Source: a virus (taxonomy: Duplodnaviria > Caudoviricetes). From it: a DNA stretch of 64,000 nucleotides. The position numbers and the translations under genes were made by a program. Of the stretch, positions 51,846 to 60,645 are shown piece by piece (within the stretch, counting starts at the first letter, position 1; each line of letters starts with the position of its first letter). Below the pieces are notes generated by a model. That model saw only the letters and a program-made list of their open reading frames with translations, searched no databases and was not told the origin of the DNA. The stretch spans positions 9,954-73,953 of IMG/VR virus record IMGVR_UViG_3300031867_000038; one strand, 5' to 3'.

Positions 51846-53771
51846 ATGGATTTAATAGATATATTATTAAGTAGAAAGCTTAATAAAGGTTCTGGATCTG
51901 GTGGAACAACTAATTATTTACAGTTAACTAATAAACCTAAAATTAATAATGTTGAACTTAGCGGAAACAAAACCGCTCAGGATCTTGGCTTGGCGGCTCA
52001 ATCAGATATTCCAACTGTTCCTGTCCAATCTGTCAATGGTAAAACTGGCGCGGTTAATCTGGATTCCGGTGACATTGAATTTGACTCTACACAGACATAT
52101 CAGAGCGGTACTGTCGGTGCAGAGCTGACTGACTTAACTCGCCAAATAAGCGACAAAGACGTTTCCAACTGCGCCCCTATCATCATCAACACGGCAAGCG
52201 GTGCAATCGCATCCTTTGACGATGGTGCGGACAACCGGCCCATTCGCAAGCTGGTAGCTCAGATCGAGCCGGTGCAGGATTTGCATGGGCAGGATAGCCC
52301 TTATCCGGCTGGTTGTGGGAAGAATAAACTGAAAACGGGTGGATTGATTCAAGGCGCACCAAGTGATACAACGTTTGGTAATGCTACCAAGCGCACGTTT
52401 ACACTAGGGACGTTTGTGACCGATCTTACACCAAACAATTACTATCAGCCTAACCGTGTAACACAAGTTTCGGTTGCTGAGAATGCCATATCCGTTACGA
52501 CAGATGCGGCGGCCTATGCGCTTGCGTTACCGATGACCGGGTTAACTGTGGGTGCTGTGTATGTTGTTTCTGCGGTAAAAACAAACGGTGTTATTACAGT
52601 TTCGTTTTACAAAGAGGATGGCACATTTATATCTAATACAGTGGAAAATCCGGCCAACTTTACTGTCCCGGCAGAAACCTATTATACCTTAATCCACTTT
52701 AACCCGACAGGTGGTGGTACGCAAGCAACATACACCGATATCCAGCTTGAACTTGGCTCGTCAGCCACGTCCTTCGCTCCGTATGAGAACCTCTGCCCGA
52801 TCAGCGGTCACACGGGGGCGGAGATTACGCAGAGAGGTAAGAATTTGCTACCAGACGACTATTCTGTCTACGATAGCATCAGCAGTGGCAACTATCTTGT
52901 ATTAAACGATGTTGTACCTCCTGGCGAATTAGCAAGATTTACATTTATTGATAAAGATACGAGTGTTGTCATACCTTCGGATGTGAATTTCGGCTTTGTA
53001 GCTGAAGATCTAGTACAAGGCTCATCGCCAATTAATTTTAACTGGGCCATATATAGAGGACAACCCAATAATGAAAGCAGAATGCTAAACAATGGTGCAG
53101 GTATTTCGTCAGGTATATATGCACGCAATGTTTTCATGTATCCAAAAACAAAGGAAACATTTGACACAATCTTCTCACGTTATTATGTGATGGTAGAACT
53201 TGGCGATATAAAAACGGACTTTGAACCTTACACCGGCAACCAAATCTCCGTCACGTTCCCTGAGACGATCTATGGCGGCGAGGATGAGGTAATCAGCGGG
53301 AAGCTGAAAGTTGATATTTTTAACGGTGTAATTGACAATTTTATTGGTGATGGGTATGCATACAATCAAACTGATGATTTTTACTATGGATATTTGCCCG
53401 ATGCGTTCCCAACCCCAGCTAAGAGCGGTGGCATTTTTGACTTTTTAAGGTCATCCAATCCACGCATTAATAATCACGACTGCGCATATATATTCCCATC
53501 CAGAATTATCCGCATAAATATCTCACAGCTTGAAAGAACAGCAGAAGCATATAGAGCTTATTTAGCGCAACATCCGCTTCAGGTTGTATATAGCATAGCG
53601 CCTATTGAGTATCAGCTTACGCCTCAAGAAATCGACACGCTGCTCGGCACAAACAACATCTGGTCATCTACCGGCGACACCACGGTTGAATATTCAGCTG
53701 ATACCAAGCTCTATATCGATGGCAAACTTGCAGAGCTTCAGGCAACCATTCTTGAAAACATAGGAGGATAA
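51846..53771 (+). CDS. tail fibre / receptor-binding protein
   Basis: NYLQLTNKPKINNVELSG and VQSVNGKTGAV fibre motifs, GKNLL repeats, IQLELGSSAT; GC-rich mosaic. Confidence 0.7.
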   Translation: MDLIDILLSRKLNKGSGSGGTTNYLQLTNKPKINNVELSGNKTAQDLGLAAQSDIPTVPVQSVNGKTGAVNLDSGDIEFDSTQTYQSGTVGAELTDLTRQISDKDVSNCAPIIINTASGAIASFDDGADNRPIRKLVAQIEPVQDLHGQDSPYPAGCGKNKLKTGGLIQGAPSDTTFGNATKRTFTLGTFVTDLTPNNYYQPNRVTQVSVAENAISVTTDAAAYALALPMTGLTVGAVYVVSAVKTNGVITVSFYKEDGTFISNTVENPANFTVPAETYYTLIHFNPTGGGTQATYTDIQLELGSSATSFAPYENLCPISGHTGAEITQRGKNLLPDDYSVYDSISSGNYLVLNDVVPPGELARFTFIDKDTSVVIPSDVNFGFVAEDLVQGSSPINFNWAIYRGQPNNESRMLNNGAGISSGIYARNVFMYPKTKETFDTIFSRYYVMVELGDIKTDFEPYTGNQISVTFPETIYGGEDEVISGKLKVDIFNGVIDNFIGDGYAYNQTDDFYYGYLPDAFPTPAKSGGIFDFLRSSNPRINNHDCAYIFPSRIIRINISQLERTAEAYRAYLAQHPLQVVYSIAPIEYQLTPQEIDTLLGTNNIWSSTGDTTVEYSADTKLYIDGKLAELQATILENIGG

Positions 53772-53775
53772 AACC

Positions 53776-53982
53776 ATGACCAAACGCGAAATCAGAGTAA
53801 TCAATGCATTTCTCAACTGCATCCGTCACGGTGAGTACACCGAAGACTACGCAATCACGCTTATTGAGGATAACCAGCGCTACGGCTGGCTGTCGGAAGC
53901 GGCAAAGGACTATTTCTACGAAGAGCTGGACAAGCTCCATCCAGAACCCGAACCGGAGCCTGAATCCGATGAATCTGTCTGA
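53776..53982 (+). CDS. small fibre-associated protein
   Basis: GGAGG RBS, follows RBP. Confidence 0.55.
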   Translation: MTKREIRVINAFLNCIRHGEYTEDYAITLIEDNQRYGWLSEAAKDYFYEELDKLHPEPEPEPESDESV

Positions 53983-54060
53983 GTTTGTGATTCCGCGCAA
54001 GTGCGAGATACCAGACGGCGAGTGCGTGGCGACAGATAATTAGAAATAAATTTAATATAT

Positions 54061-54095
54061 ATGCGAACTAGTGTTAAACTAGTTCGCATTTTTTT
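54061..54095 (+). terminator. intrinsic terminator
   Basis: ATGCGAACTAG-N7-CTAGTTCGCAT plus T-run. Confidence 0.85.
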
Positions 54096-54184
54096 ATTGT
54101 TTAAGTAGGTCAAGTTTAAATAATATTATTTAATAGTTTTTTATATTTTATATAGATAGACCAAAACTGAAGGGAGACTTTAAT

Positions 54185-54697
54185 ATGATAAAACCCATCA
54201 AATTTAAAGTTGGTCGTGGTAAGCAAGAAGATCTTCCTCCTAAATATATTGATGGATTTATATGGTTTGCCACAGATACTGGAAAACTATATATTGACGC
54301 TCCTGTTAATGGTACATTAGAAAGAATATTAATTAATCCTGAAGCTGATTGGAGCCAAATTATTAATAAACCTGAAAATCTTGCAAAGATTTTTTATAAT
54401 ACAAAAGAGGGCTGGAATAATCAAGCAGGATTAATAGCAGAAAAAAATGCTTTATATGTTTATACTAATGCATCACAAGAAGAAGGAAAAAATATTCCTG
54501 ATTTTAAAATTGGGGATGGTAGTAGTTATTTAATTGATATGCCTTTTATCACAGCCACTACAATTGAAAAATTAAACGAACATATTAATAATTCTACTAT
54601 TCATATCTCTCAAGAAGATCGGATACGTTGGGATAATAAAGTGCGCGCTTATCATTCAACAGTGGATGAAGAAAATCTTGTATTTACAACAGATTGA
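54185..54697 (+). CDS. tail-fibre-related protein
   Basis: GFIWFATDTGKLY and FKIGDG motifs. Confidence 0.55.
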   Translation: MIKPIKFKVGRGKQEDLPPKYIDGFIWFATDTGKLYIDAPVNGTLERILINPEADWSQIINKPENLAKIFYNTKEGWNNQAGLIAEKNALYVYTNASQEEGKNIPDFKIGDGSSYLIDMPFITATTIEKLNEHINNSTIHISQEDRIRWDNKVRAYHSTVDEENLVFTTD

Positions 54698-54714
54698 AAG
54701 GAAGATTAAAGTAT

Positions 54715-56007
54715 ATGGCAGATATTTCTAAAATCACTTTACCAAGTGGTTCAGTATATGATATAAAAGATGCTCAAGCCCGTGCAGAGATTGAAGCCAT
54801 TCAAACGGCTATTTCTGGCGGCGTTACATTTATGGGTGCAACCACAACAGCTTTAACAGATGGTGCTACAACTACCACTATTGTTATTAGTGGTAATAAT
54901 ATTACAGCGGTTAAAGGTTATTTAGTTGCATATAATAATAAAGAATTTATTTTTGATGGCACTAAATGGTTAGAATTTGGTGATCTTGGAGCTTTTAAAG
55001 CTCTAGCATATAAAGATACGGCAAGTGCTACTTATACTCCTGCAGGTTCTGTATCTAAGCCAACTTTCACAGGTAGTTCTAGTACAGTTACAATTACAGC
55101 AACAGATAATACTAGTGGTAACTACCAGCCAAAGGGTACTGTTAGCCAGCCAACTTTTACAGGTTCTAGCACAACTTCAACTGGTAAATTCACTCCTAGC
55201 GGTAGTGTAACTGTAACAACAAATGCTACTACTAATAAAACCGCAACTGTTTCTAGTACAACTGGTACAGCTACTTATACTCCTGCAGGTACAGTGAGTA
55301 AACCCACTTTCTCAGGAACTGCAACAACTTCAACTGGTAAATTTACACCAGCAGGATCTGTTGCATTTACTAATACTAATCAAACAACCACTGTATCAAA
55401 AGCCACTTCTGGAACAGCTACTTATACTCCTGAAGGCACTGTCGCGGCGCCTACAATTTCAGTAGCTACTGCTGGATCTACTGCTACTGTTAATTCTATT
55501 ACTGATGTTGGTACATTACCTAGTTTAACAACTACTGTAGCTGATGAAAATTTAACCTTTGGATGGAGCGCTGGAACTCTTCCAACAAAAGGTGCAAATA
55601 CTACTGTTAAAATTGGTGATGCTGCATATTCAGCTTCTGCACCTAAATTTACTGGAACTGGCGCGAGATTAGTTACTGGAAATATTTCAGTTCCTTCTAG
55701 TGCATCTTTCACAGGTACCGAAGGTAATGTCAGTGTATCTGGCACTCCTGCAGGAACTGTGTCTCAGCCTACTTTTGATGGCACTGGTGTAAGATTGGTA
55801 ACTGATAATATTGCTGTACCTAGCACTTATACAGCAACCTTTACTGGTACAGAAGATGATGTGAGCGTATCTGGTACTCCTGCTGGAACAGTATCTCAAC
55901 CAACATTTACTGGTACAAAAGCTCAACTTTCAGGTACAACAACTGCTGCAGGTTCTGTTTCTCAGCCTACATTCACAGGTACAGAAGCTACAATTACTGT
56001 CTCCTAA
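54715..56007 (+). CDS. Thr/Ser/Gly-rich repetitive fibre-like protein
   Basis: About seven G(S/T)VS(K/Q)PTF(T/S)G-type repeats; start ATG 54715. Confidence 0.65.
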   Translation: MADISKITLPSGSVYDIKDAQARAEIEAIQTAISGGVTFMGATTTALTDGATTTTIVISGNNITAVKGYLVAYNNKEFIFDGTKWLEFGDLGAFKALAYKDTASATYTPAGSVSKPTFTGSSSTVTITATDNTSGNYQPKGTVSQPTFTGSSTTSTGKFTPSGSVTVTTNATTNKTATVSSTTGTATYTPAGTVSKPTFSGTATTSTGKFTPAGSVAFTNTNQTTTVSKATSGTATYTPEGTVAAPTISVATAGSTATVNSITDVGTLPSLTTTVADENLTFGWSAGTLPTKGANTTVKIGDAAYSASAPKFTGTGARLVTGNISVPSSASFTGTEGNVSVSGTPAGTVSQPTFDGTGVRLVTDNIAVPSTYTATFTGTEDDVSVSGTPAGTVSQPTFTGTKAQLSGTTTAAGSVSQPTFTGTEATITVS

Positions 56008-56026
56008 TTGAAAGGAGGCGGCCTAA

Positions 56027-56767
56027 ATGGCAGATATTTCAAAAATCACTTTGCCAAATGGCGATGAATATAATTTAAAAGATACTTTTGCTAGAGAAGA
56101 ATTAGCAGGAAAAGGCACTTATTCTAAACCCTCTACTGGCATTCCATATGATGATTTAGCAGATGATGCAAAAATGACAATATTATCTTATGGAACATCT
56201 ACTTGGGCACAATTTTTAGTAGCATATACTACTCATCGAGTAGTTTACTGTAAAGCATCTAGTAATAGTAACCCTGCATCAGGATCTCAAACTCGACTCG
56301 CTTTTATGGCGTATGTTAATAATGAAACTAACCCTACTGAAGTAGAATTTCAATATTATAGATCAGTTAATACACACAGTAATTCTCAACAAGGAGATCA
56401 AGTTTATGTTTATAAGCTTAATTCTTCTGGAACTTGGACAGTTACAGTTCGATCAGCTTTTACAAAAATTGTTGCGGGGTCTGGATTAGATAGTAGTTAT
56501 AGTAATGGAACATTAACAATAACTAATGCTAATGAATCTAAAACTGCAACTGAAAATGGTACAGATATTTCATTAGTTACTACTGGTGAAAAATATGTTT
56601 GGAATAATAAAGCTGATACTACAACTGCAACAACTTCTAATGCAGGATTAATGAGTTCTTCAGATAAAAGTAAATTAAATAATTTAAATAAATTTTATTT
56701 AACAGATACTACACCAACTTCTGCTAGCGCAGGAGATCTTTGGTTTATTATAGAAGAAGAAGAATAA
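56027..56767 (+). CDS. tail-fibre-related protein
   Basis: Same MADISKITLP N-terminus as the upstream gene; AGLMSSSDKSKL, GDLWF C-terminus. Confidence 0.6.
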   Translation: MADISKITLPNGDEYNLKDTFAREELAGKGTYSKPSTGIPYDDLADDAKMTILSYGTSTWAQFLVAYTTHRVVYCKASSNSNPASGSQTRLAFMAYVNNETNPTEVEFQYYRSVNTHSNSQQGDQVYVYKLNSSGTWTVTVRSAFTKIVAGSGLDSSYSNGTLTITNANESKTATENGTDISLVTTGEKYVWNNKADTTTATTSNAGLMSSSDKSKLNNLNKFYLTDTTPTSASAGDLWFIIEEEE

Positions 56768-56785
56768 ATTCTTTTTATATAAAAC

Positions 56786-56828
56786 AAAAAATGCCGAGTA
56801 ACAAAAATGTTACTCGGCATTTTTTTTA
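56786..56828. terminator. bidirectional terminator
   Basis: AAAAAATGCCGAGTAACA/TGTTACTCGGCATTTTTT. Confidence 0.88.
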
Positions 56829-57439
56829 TGAAATTCTATAGCTTTAGCATAAATTGTGTCTGCGGCGGTTGATGATCCATCATATATAAATCCCATCCAC
56901 ATACAATTTATATAAAGATTAGAATAATCATCTAATATTTCTGAATATTTTAATTGTTGATTTTTAATACTCCAAACTGTAAATGCACATTGCATCTCCG
57001 CGTCTGCAATAGAAGTACCCCAATTTTGTGCAAAATCATAAAAAGCATTTAAGTATAATTCACTATACCATTGACCTAATCCATAGCCTCCATAATTTTG
57101 GCTTTGCTGAATAAAATACTCTTTCGTTGAGCCATCTTTTAAACCTTCATCTATAATAGATGTAAATTCAATGCAGACATCTTGATCTGTAATATTTATA
57201 TTAGACCAATTCGCAACAGCATCAGAACGAAATAAGCTTTCCCTCCAAAAGAAGCCTAAAATGGCGGCGGTTAGCTCCTTTGAAGGAGAATATTTACTCA
57301 AAGAATCCCATAAAAAAGCTTCTGACTCTTCACTTTTATACTCTGTTACTGTAAATGCGGGAGTTGCTTCGGCTAGCGATATAGGGGCCGCCGCGCATAT
57401 TATAAGTAAACATAGTAATAAACTGATTATCTTTTTCAT
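56810..57439 (-). CDS. secreted lysozyme-like (phage tail lysozyme family) protein
   Basis: Signal peptide from ATG 57439; AAILG...RES, GYGLGQW. Confidence 0.7.
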   Translation of the reverse strand: MKKIISLLLCLLIICAAAPISLAEATPAFTVTEYKSEESEAFLWDSLSKYSPSKELTAAILGFFWRESLFRSDAVANWSNINITDQDVCIEFTSIIDEGLKDGSTKEYFIQQSQNYGGYGLGQWYSELYLNAFYDFAQNWGTSIADAEMQCAFTVWSIKNQQLKYSEILDDYSNLYINCMWMGFIYDGSSTAADTIYAKAIEFHKKNAE

Positions 57440-57505
57440 AATTTTTTCTCCTTTATAAAATATAAGAATTTTATAAAGGAGAAATTTATTATCTATGTCC
57501 AATTT

Positions 57506-59002
57506 TTAAGTAATCGCCATATAACGATTACTATTAAGTTTGTCCATCATCAGATCAGTCCCAGTTTTACCTGATACTACCTGCTCAAACAACACTGGGC
57601 TAAATCCTGATACAAAACTAATATCTGGACCAGAATCAAGAATTGTGTTATCTCTTGCATCTACATTCCAATAAACAAGCTTCGGTATTTTAATACCATA
57701 GTGAAGCCAGCTATTGCGAATTTTTTCCATTTCAGTTGCAGCGGAGTCAGTTGTCCAATAAGAGGAACTATTACCACGACCCCAATCATTCCATGATCGA
57801 GTTCCCTCATCAATCTGCATATCTGAAATCACAACGATTGTATCAGGGAGATCTTCTACTTTTGCTTTTCCGCTGATAATCATATTAAGCAGAAGATCAA
57901 AAACAGCTTCCAGATTAGTATTATCACACAAATTTGTTCGATAAATTCGCATGACCTTATCTGTCAAATCTGCGCCCTCAATATGAATAAGTTGAGGTCT
58001 ACTAGCAAAGCTAATATAATGATCTTTAAAAGCTCCACGATTACGCTCAGCTGCATACATTCCCAGACCAATTGCGACATTAATAGGAGTCCCATACATA
58101 CTCCCAGAAGTATCTACAACAGGCAGAATAGAATGAGTTGAACCATTAAAATAATCAGGAAGGTTATCCCAATATTTTTCAACAGCTACTCGCTCTGAAT
58201 CTTCCATCTTGTAATGACATGCATCAAGAGCCTTTTCTACTACCTCATAAGGATAAAGAGTAGTGGCATTAACTTTAGTAGACTTATCTTTAATAAAAGC
58301 TTCATACTTAGCTTTAATAAGATCACGTCTAGCAAAAGCATTTTTATAGATCAAACCTGCTTTTGAAGGGATTTTATCAAATTCAATTTGATCCCACTGG
58401 TTAGAAGACATTAACTTCTCTACCACTTTGATACGAGTACGCAATTCACTAAGAATTTTACGATACTGTTTATGACTCAGTGAGAGAGAGCTTCTCAGTT
58501 TATTTGCAACGCGCGCAGTTTCTTTGCTGGAAGCATTTTCAGAAGGCATCCATTTTGCCAAAAGAGAAGGAGTTTTGCACTTGGTATCCAACAGAAGCTG
58601 CTTCTCAATAATGCTAAAAGCGATCTTTTCTGCGGGGGTGCCTTCACAGATATAGATTAGATCATCCCACCGCCCATACTCTGGAATAAGAGCGATATTA
58701 CGAAGAGCTATATCAATATGGTTAATACACAGCCACCGATAAACTGTGCGGAAGAAGCGCCGCTCGCCCTGGCCGCCGCGCACATCACGCAGATAAAATA
58801 GGCATTTAAGAGCATAAAGCTCATTTTCATACAATGCATTACTAAATAGTGTAATAGCATCTGCATCAGATCTTTTGCGGTAAGCTCCACCAAAAGCAAA
58901 AAGATCATATAGAGCTGAATTAGTGGATTTATGGGCGAGTGCGCCATTTTCAGTGCGTGTATAATTCTGCTGGTTATTAAGGCTAGAAATAAAAGAGTTC
59001 AT
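57506..59002 (-). CDS. DUF2828 TROVE/Ro60-like protein with vWA domain
   Basis: TENGA, FYLRDVRGGQGERR, YGRWDD, AKWMPSE, VDTSGSM MIDAS. Confidence 0.85.
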   Translation of the reverse strand: MNSFISSLNNQQNYTRTENGALAHKSTNSALYDLFAFGGAYRKRSDADAITLFSNALYENELYALKCLFYLRDVRGGQGERRFFRTVYRWLCINHIDIALRNIALIPEYGRWDDLIYICEGTPAEKIAFSIIEKQLLLDTKCKTPSLLAKWMPSENASSKETARVANKLRSSLSLSHKQYRKILSELRTRIKVVEKLMSSNQWDQIEFDKIPSKAGLIYKNAFARRDLIKAKYEAFIKDKSTKVNATTLYPYEVVEKALDACHYKMEDSERVAVEKYWDNLPDYFNGSTHSILPVVDTSGSMYGTPINVAIGLGMYAAERNRGAFKDHYISFASRPQLIHIEGADLTDKVMRIYRTNLCDNTNLEAVFDLLLNMIISGKAKVEDLPDTIVVISDMQIDEGTRSWNDWGRGNSSSYWTTDSAATEMEKIRNSWLHYGIKIPKLVYWNVDARDNTILDSGPDISFVSGFSPVLFEQVVSGKTGTDLMMDKLNSNRYMAIT

Positions 59003-59039
59003 ATTAATCTCCTATCTTTGACAAGATATATTTTTTATA

Positions 59040-59180
59040 TTAGTTAGTGCTATCTGAGATATTTATTTCGTGGCTTGGAGCTGTAGTATGTAATTCTTGT
59101 TCTGTTGGCTGACTTTCTTCTTTATGGTCCATAACTTGCTTCTGAAGGTTTAAAGGACCAGGCGTTGCTTTTGTTGCCAT
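59040..59180 (-). CDS. hypothetical 46-aa protein
   Basis: GGAG RBS, ATG 59180. Confidence 0.35.
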   Translation of the reverse strand: MATKATPGPLNLQKQVMDHKEESQPTEQELHTTAPSHEINISDSTN

Positions 59181-59185
59181 ATTTA

Positions 59186-59416
59186 TCACTCTCCATAAAA
59201 AATAGCCCAATCATGTTGATCATATGTAGTATATCTTTTTTTACAATCAGGGCAATAAATAGTAAAAAAAGAATCATTTTTATCACTATCGTAATCTATA
59301 TGTAGATCTTCTTCTTCAAAAGTAAAAATACATCCACATTTATTACATGTTATTTTATAGTGTTTAATACCAGGTGAAAGAATTTTTATCATATTATTCT
59401 CCTTATGGCGCCGCAC
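59186..59416 (-). CDS. Zn-ribbon hypothetical protein
   Basis: CNKCGC...CPDC; true start probably after the tRNA (MIKILSPG). Confidence 0.55.
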   Translation of the reverse strand: MRRHKENNMIKILSPGIKHYKITCNKCGCIFTFEEEDLHIDYDSDKNDSFFTIYCPDCKKRYTTYDQHDWAIFYGE

Positions 59417-59497
59417 GTAGGTCCCGCCCCCAACTAGGCTCCCACCTAGCCAACCGATTTCAAGTCGGAGCCAGCGCGCTTGTCTGGTTCATGCGGC
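59406..59497 (-). tRNA. tRNA-Ser(UGA), non-canonical D- and T-loops
   Basis: GCCGCAU/GUGCGGC acceptor, G73-CCA, loop CUUGAAA, long variable arm with GGGA loop; T-loop GGCGGGA. Confidence 0.7.
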
Positions 59498-59501
59498 GTA
59501 A

Positions 59502-59608
59502 AATATGCGAATAAGGATTTGCACCTTATATAACATACAGCGTTTGTCTCGGTTAGTTTCAATTGTCTCTTGTCTCACTCTAGCGTCTACCTATTCCGCC
59601 ATCGCATA
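59502..59608 (-). ncRNA. tRNA-Leu-like scaffold with 33-nt repeat loop instead of an anticodon
   Basis: UAUGCGA/UCGCAUA stem, D-arm GGCGGAAUAGGUAGACGC, T-arm UAAGG-UGCAAAU-CCUUA; no anticodon loop, no encoded CCA. Confidence 0.7.
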
Positions 59609-59621
59609 TTAAATTAATTAT

Positions 59622-60152
59622 TTAGGGCCATTCTCCAAGAGGTTTACCTAGATTACCACGTTCAATATCGGTATTATAATAAACTCCATTTAGATCTGCA
59701 TCTTCAAAGATCTCGCTAGCAATATCTTGATACAAAGTGCTAAGTACACCATGACAATCATTCAGATTATCATTAAAGAACTGTACTACACAATTTTTAA
59801 ATACAACATAAGTTGCACTATAAAACCAGGTTTCATCACCAGGTGTTACTGAATAAGCATAGACAGGATTCCCACTAAAAGCAGTATCAAAAAGCTCTTT
59901 CTGCGTTGTGAAAGCAATATTACTAACTGGACCGTCAATAACAATCTTCAGTACAATATTACCAAAAATTTTCTCTTCAGGAAGCAGACACCAAAGAGCC
60001 GCATTTTTATCTCCATTATTTCCAGCAATAGTGACTGTCAATTCATCATAGTCAATATTAAATGCAAGCTGAGGATCTGGATCAAATAAGGCTTGCAGTT
60101 TATTAACATAGGTAATCCAGGGTGGTGCGAGTTTTAATCTAATATTAGACAT
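59622..60152 (-). CDS. hypothetical protein
   Basis: AGGAG RBS; start 60152 or 60158 (the ORF-track extension overlaps a tRNA). Confidence 0.65.
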   Translation of the reverse strand: MSNIRLKLAPPWITYVNKLQALFDPDPQLAFNIDYDELTVTIAGNNGDKNAALWCLLPEEKIFGNIVLKIVIDGPVSNIAFTTQKELFDTAFSGNPVYAYSVTPGDETWFYSATYVVFKNCVVQFFNDNLNDCHGVLSTLYQDIASEIFEDADLNGVYYNTDIERGNLGKPLGEWP

Positions 60153-60171
60153 AGGCATTTCTCCTAAATAA

Positions 60172-60281
60172 AAATTGTGTGCGGCGACCGCCCTACGCTC
60201 CACACATGAGGACACTTTACTTTCAGTCCTAACCATACTACTTTTGATCCCGAGGCATAGCCATCCCCGCTCATGCATGTT
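60172..60281 (-). ncRNA. GC-rich structured RNA in tRNA-Ser 3' trailer
   Basis: CAUGCAUGAG/CUCAUGUGUG 10-bp stem enclosing hairpins. Confidence 0.4.
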
Positions 60282-60282
60282 G

Positions 60283-60374
60283 TGGCGCCTGTGGTGCGTG
60301 CCGACCACACTCAAGCTTTACAGCTCCTAACTCCTTAGCAGAGAGTCCCCTTTGCCAACATTGGGTACACAGGC
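60283..60374 (-). tRNA. tRNA-Ser(GCU), non-canonical T-loop
   Basis: GCCUGUG/CACAGGC, G73-CCA, loop CUGCUAA, variable arm GUAA tetraloop, T-loop GUCGGCA. Confidence 0.82.
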
Positions 60375-60446
60375 ATATAAATGTCATTGATTATCGGTTC
60401 AATAACAAAAACCTTTATATGTCCTAAACTATAAGTAAAGGATTAC

Positions 60447-60533
60447 TGGTGCGGGTGGCCGGACTTGAACCGGCACGGGCTAAAGCCCAACAGATTTTAA
60501 GTCTGTGGTGTCTACCTATTCCACCACACCCGC
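60447..60533 (-). tRNA. tRNA-Leu(UAA)
   Basis: Canonical cloverleaf, CUUAAAA loop, GGUUCAAGUCC, ACCA. Confidence 0.95.
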
Positions 60534-60541
60534 ATATTAGC

Positions 60542-60603
60542 AAAACACTTTTTATTGACCGTTTTGCAGACGATTGATTTTTTAAATTGCTGTTTGTGTC
60601 TTT
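60542..60603 (-). ncRNA. stem-CAGCAA RNA A, carrying a Cys(GCA) anticodon stem-loop
   Basis: AAGACAC/GUGUUUU stem; AAACAGCAA; AUCGU-CUGCAAA-ACGGU; promoter 60621-60649 directly upstream. Confidence 0.6.
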
Positions 60604-60645
60604 CTTTATCTTACAAATATATTATATCAAAAATTTTTTAAATTT

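Noticed and set aside
1868-56767. Diversity-generating retroelement targeting the fibre genes
   Set aside because: No reverse transcriptase and no adenine-mismatched TR/VR repeat pair were found in the window; the GC shifts fit module swapping better
59406-59497. Selenocysteine or opal-suppressor tRNA
   Set aside because: The anticodon reads UGA (Ser), not UCA, and the acceptor stem is 7 bp
59502-59608. CRISPR mini-array or intron-containing tRNA
   Set aside because: The repeats are only 6 nt; the insert is too short for group I/II and removal gives no canonical anticodon loop. No CRISPR array was seen anywhere in the window
60172-60281. Theta/HDV-like or pistol ribozyme
   Set aside because: Could not assign P1/P1.1/P3 or the pistol pseudoknot; kept only as an unknown structured RNA
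59622-60314. 230-aa ORF as given in the track
   Set aside because: Its N-terminal 54 codons run through tRNA-Ser(GCU) and a structured RNA; the RBS supports a start at 60152/60158
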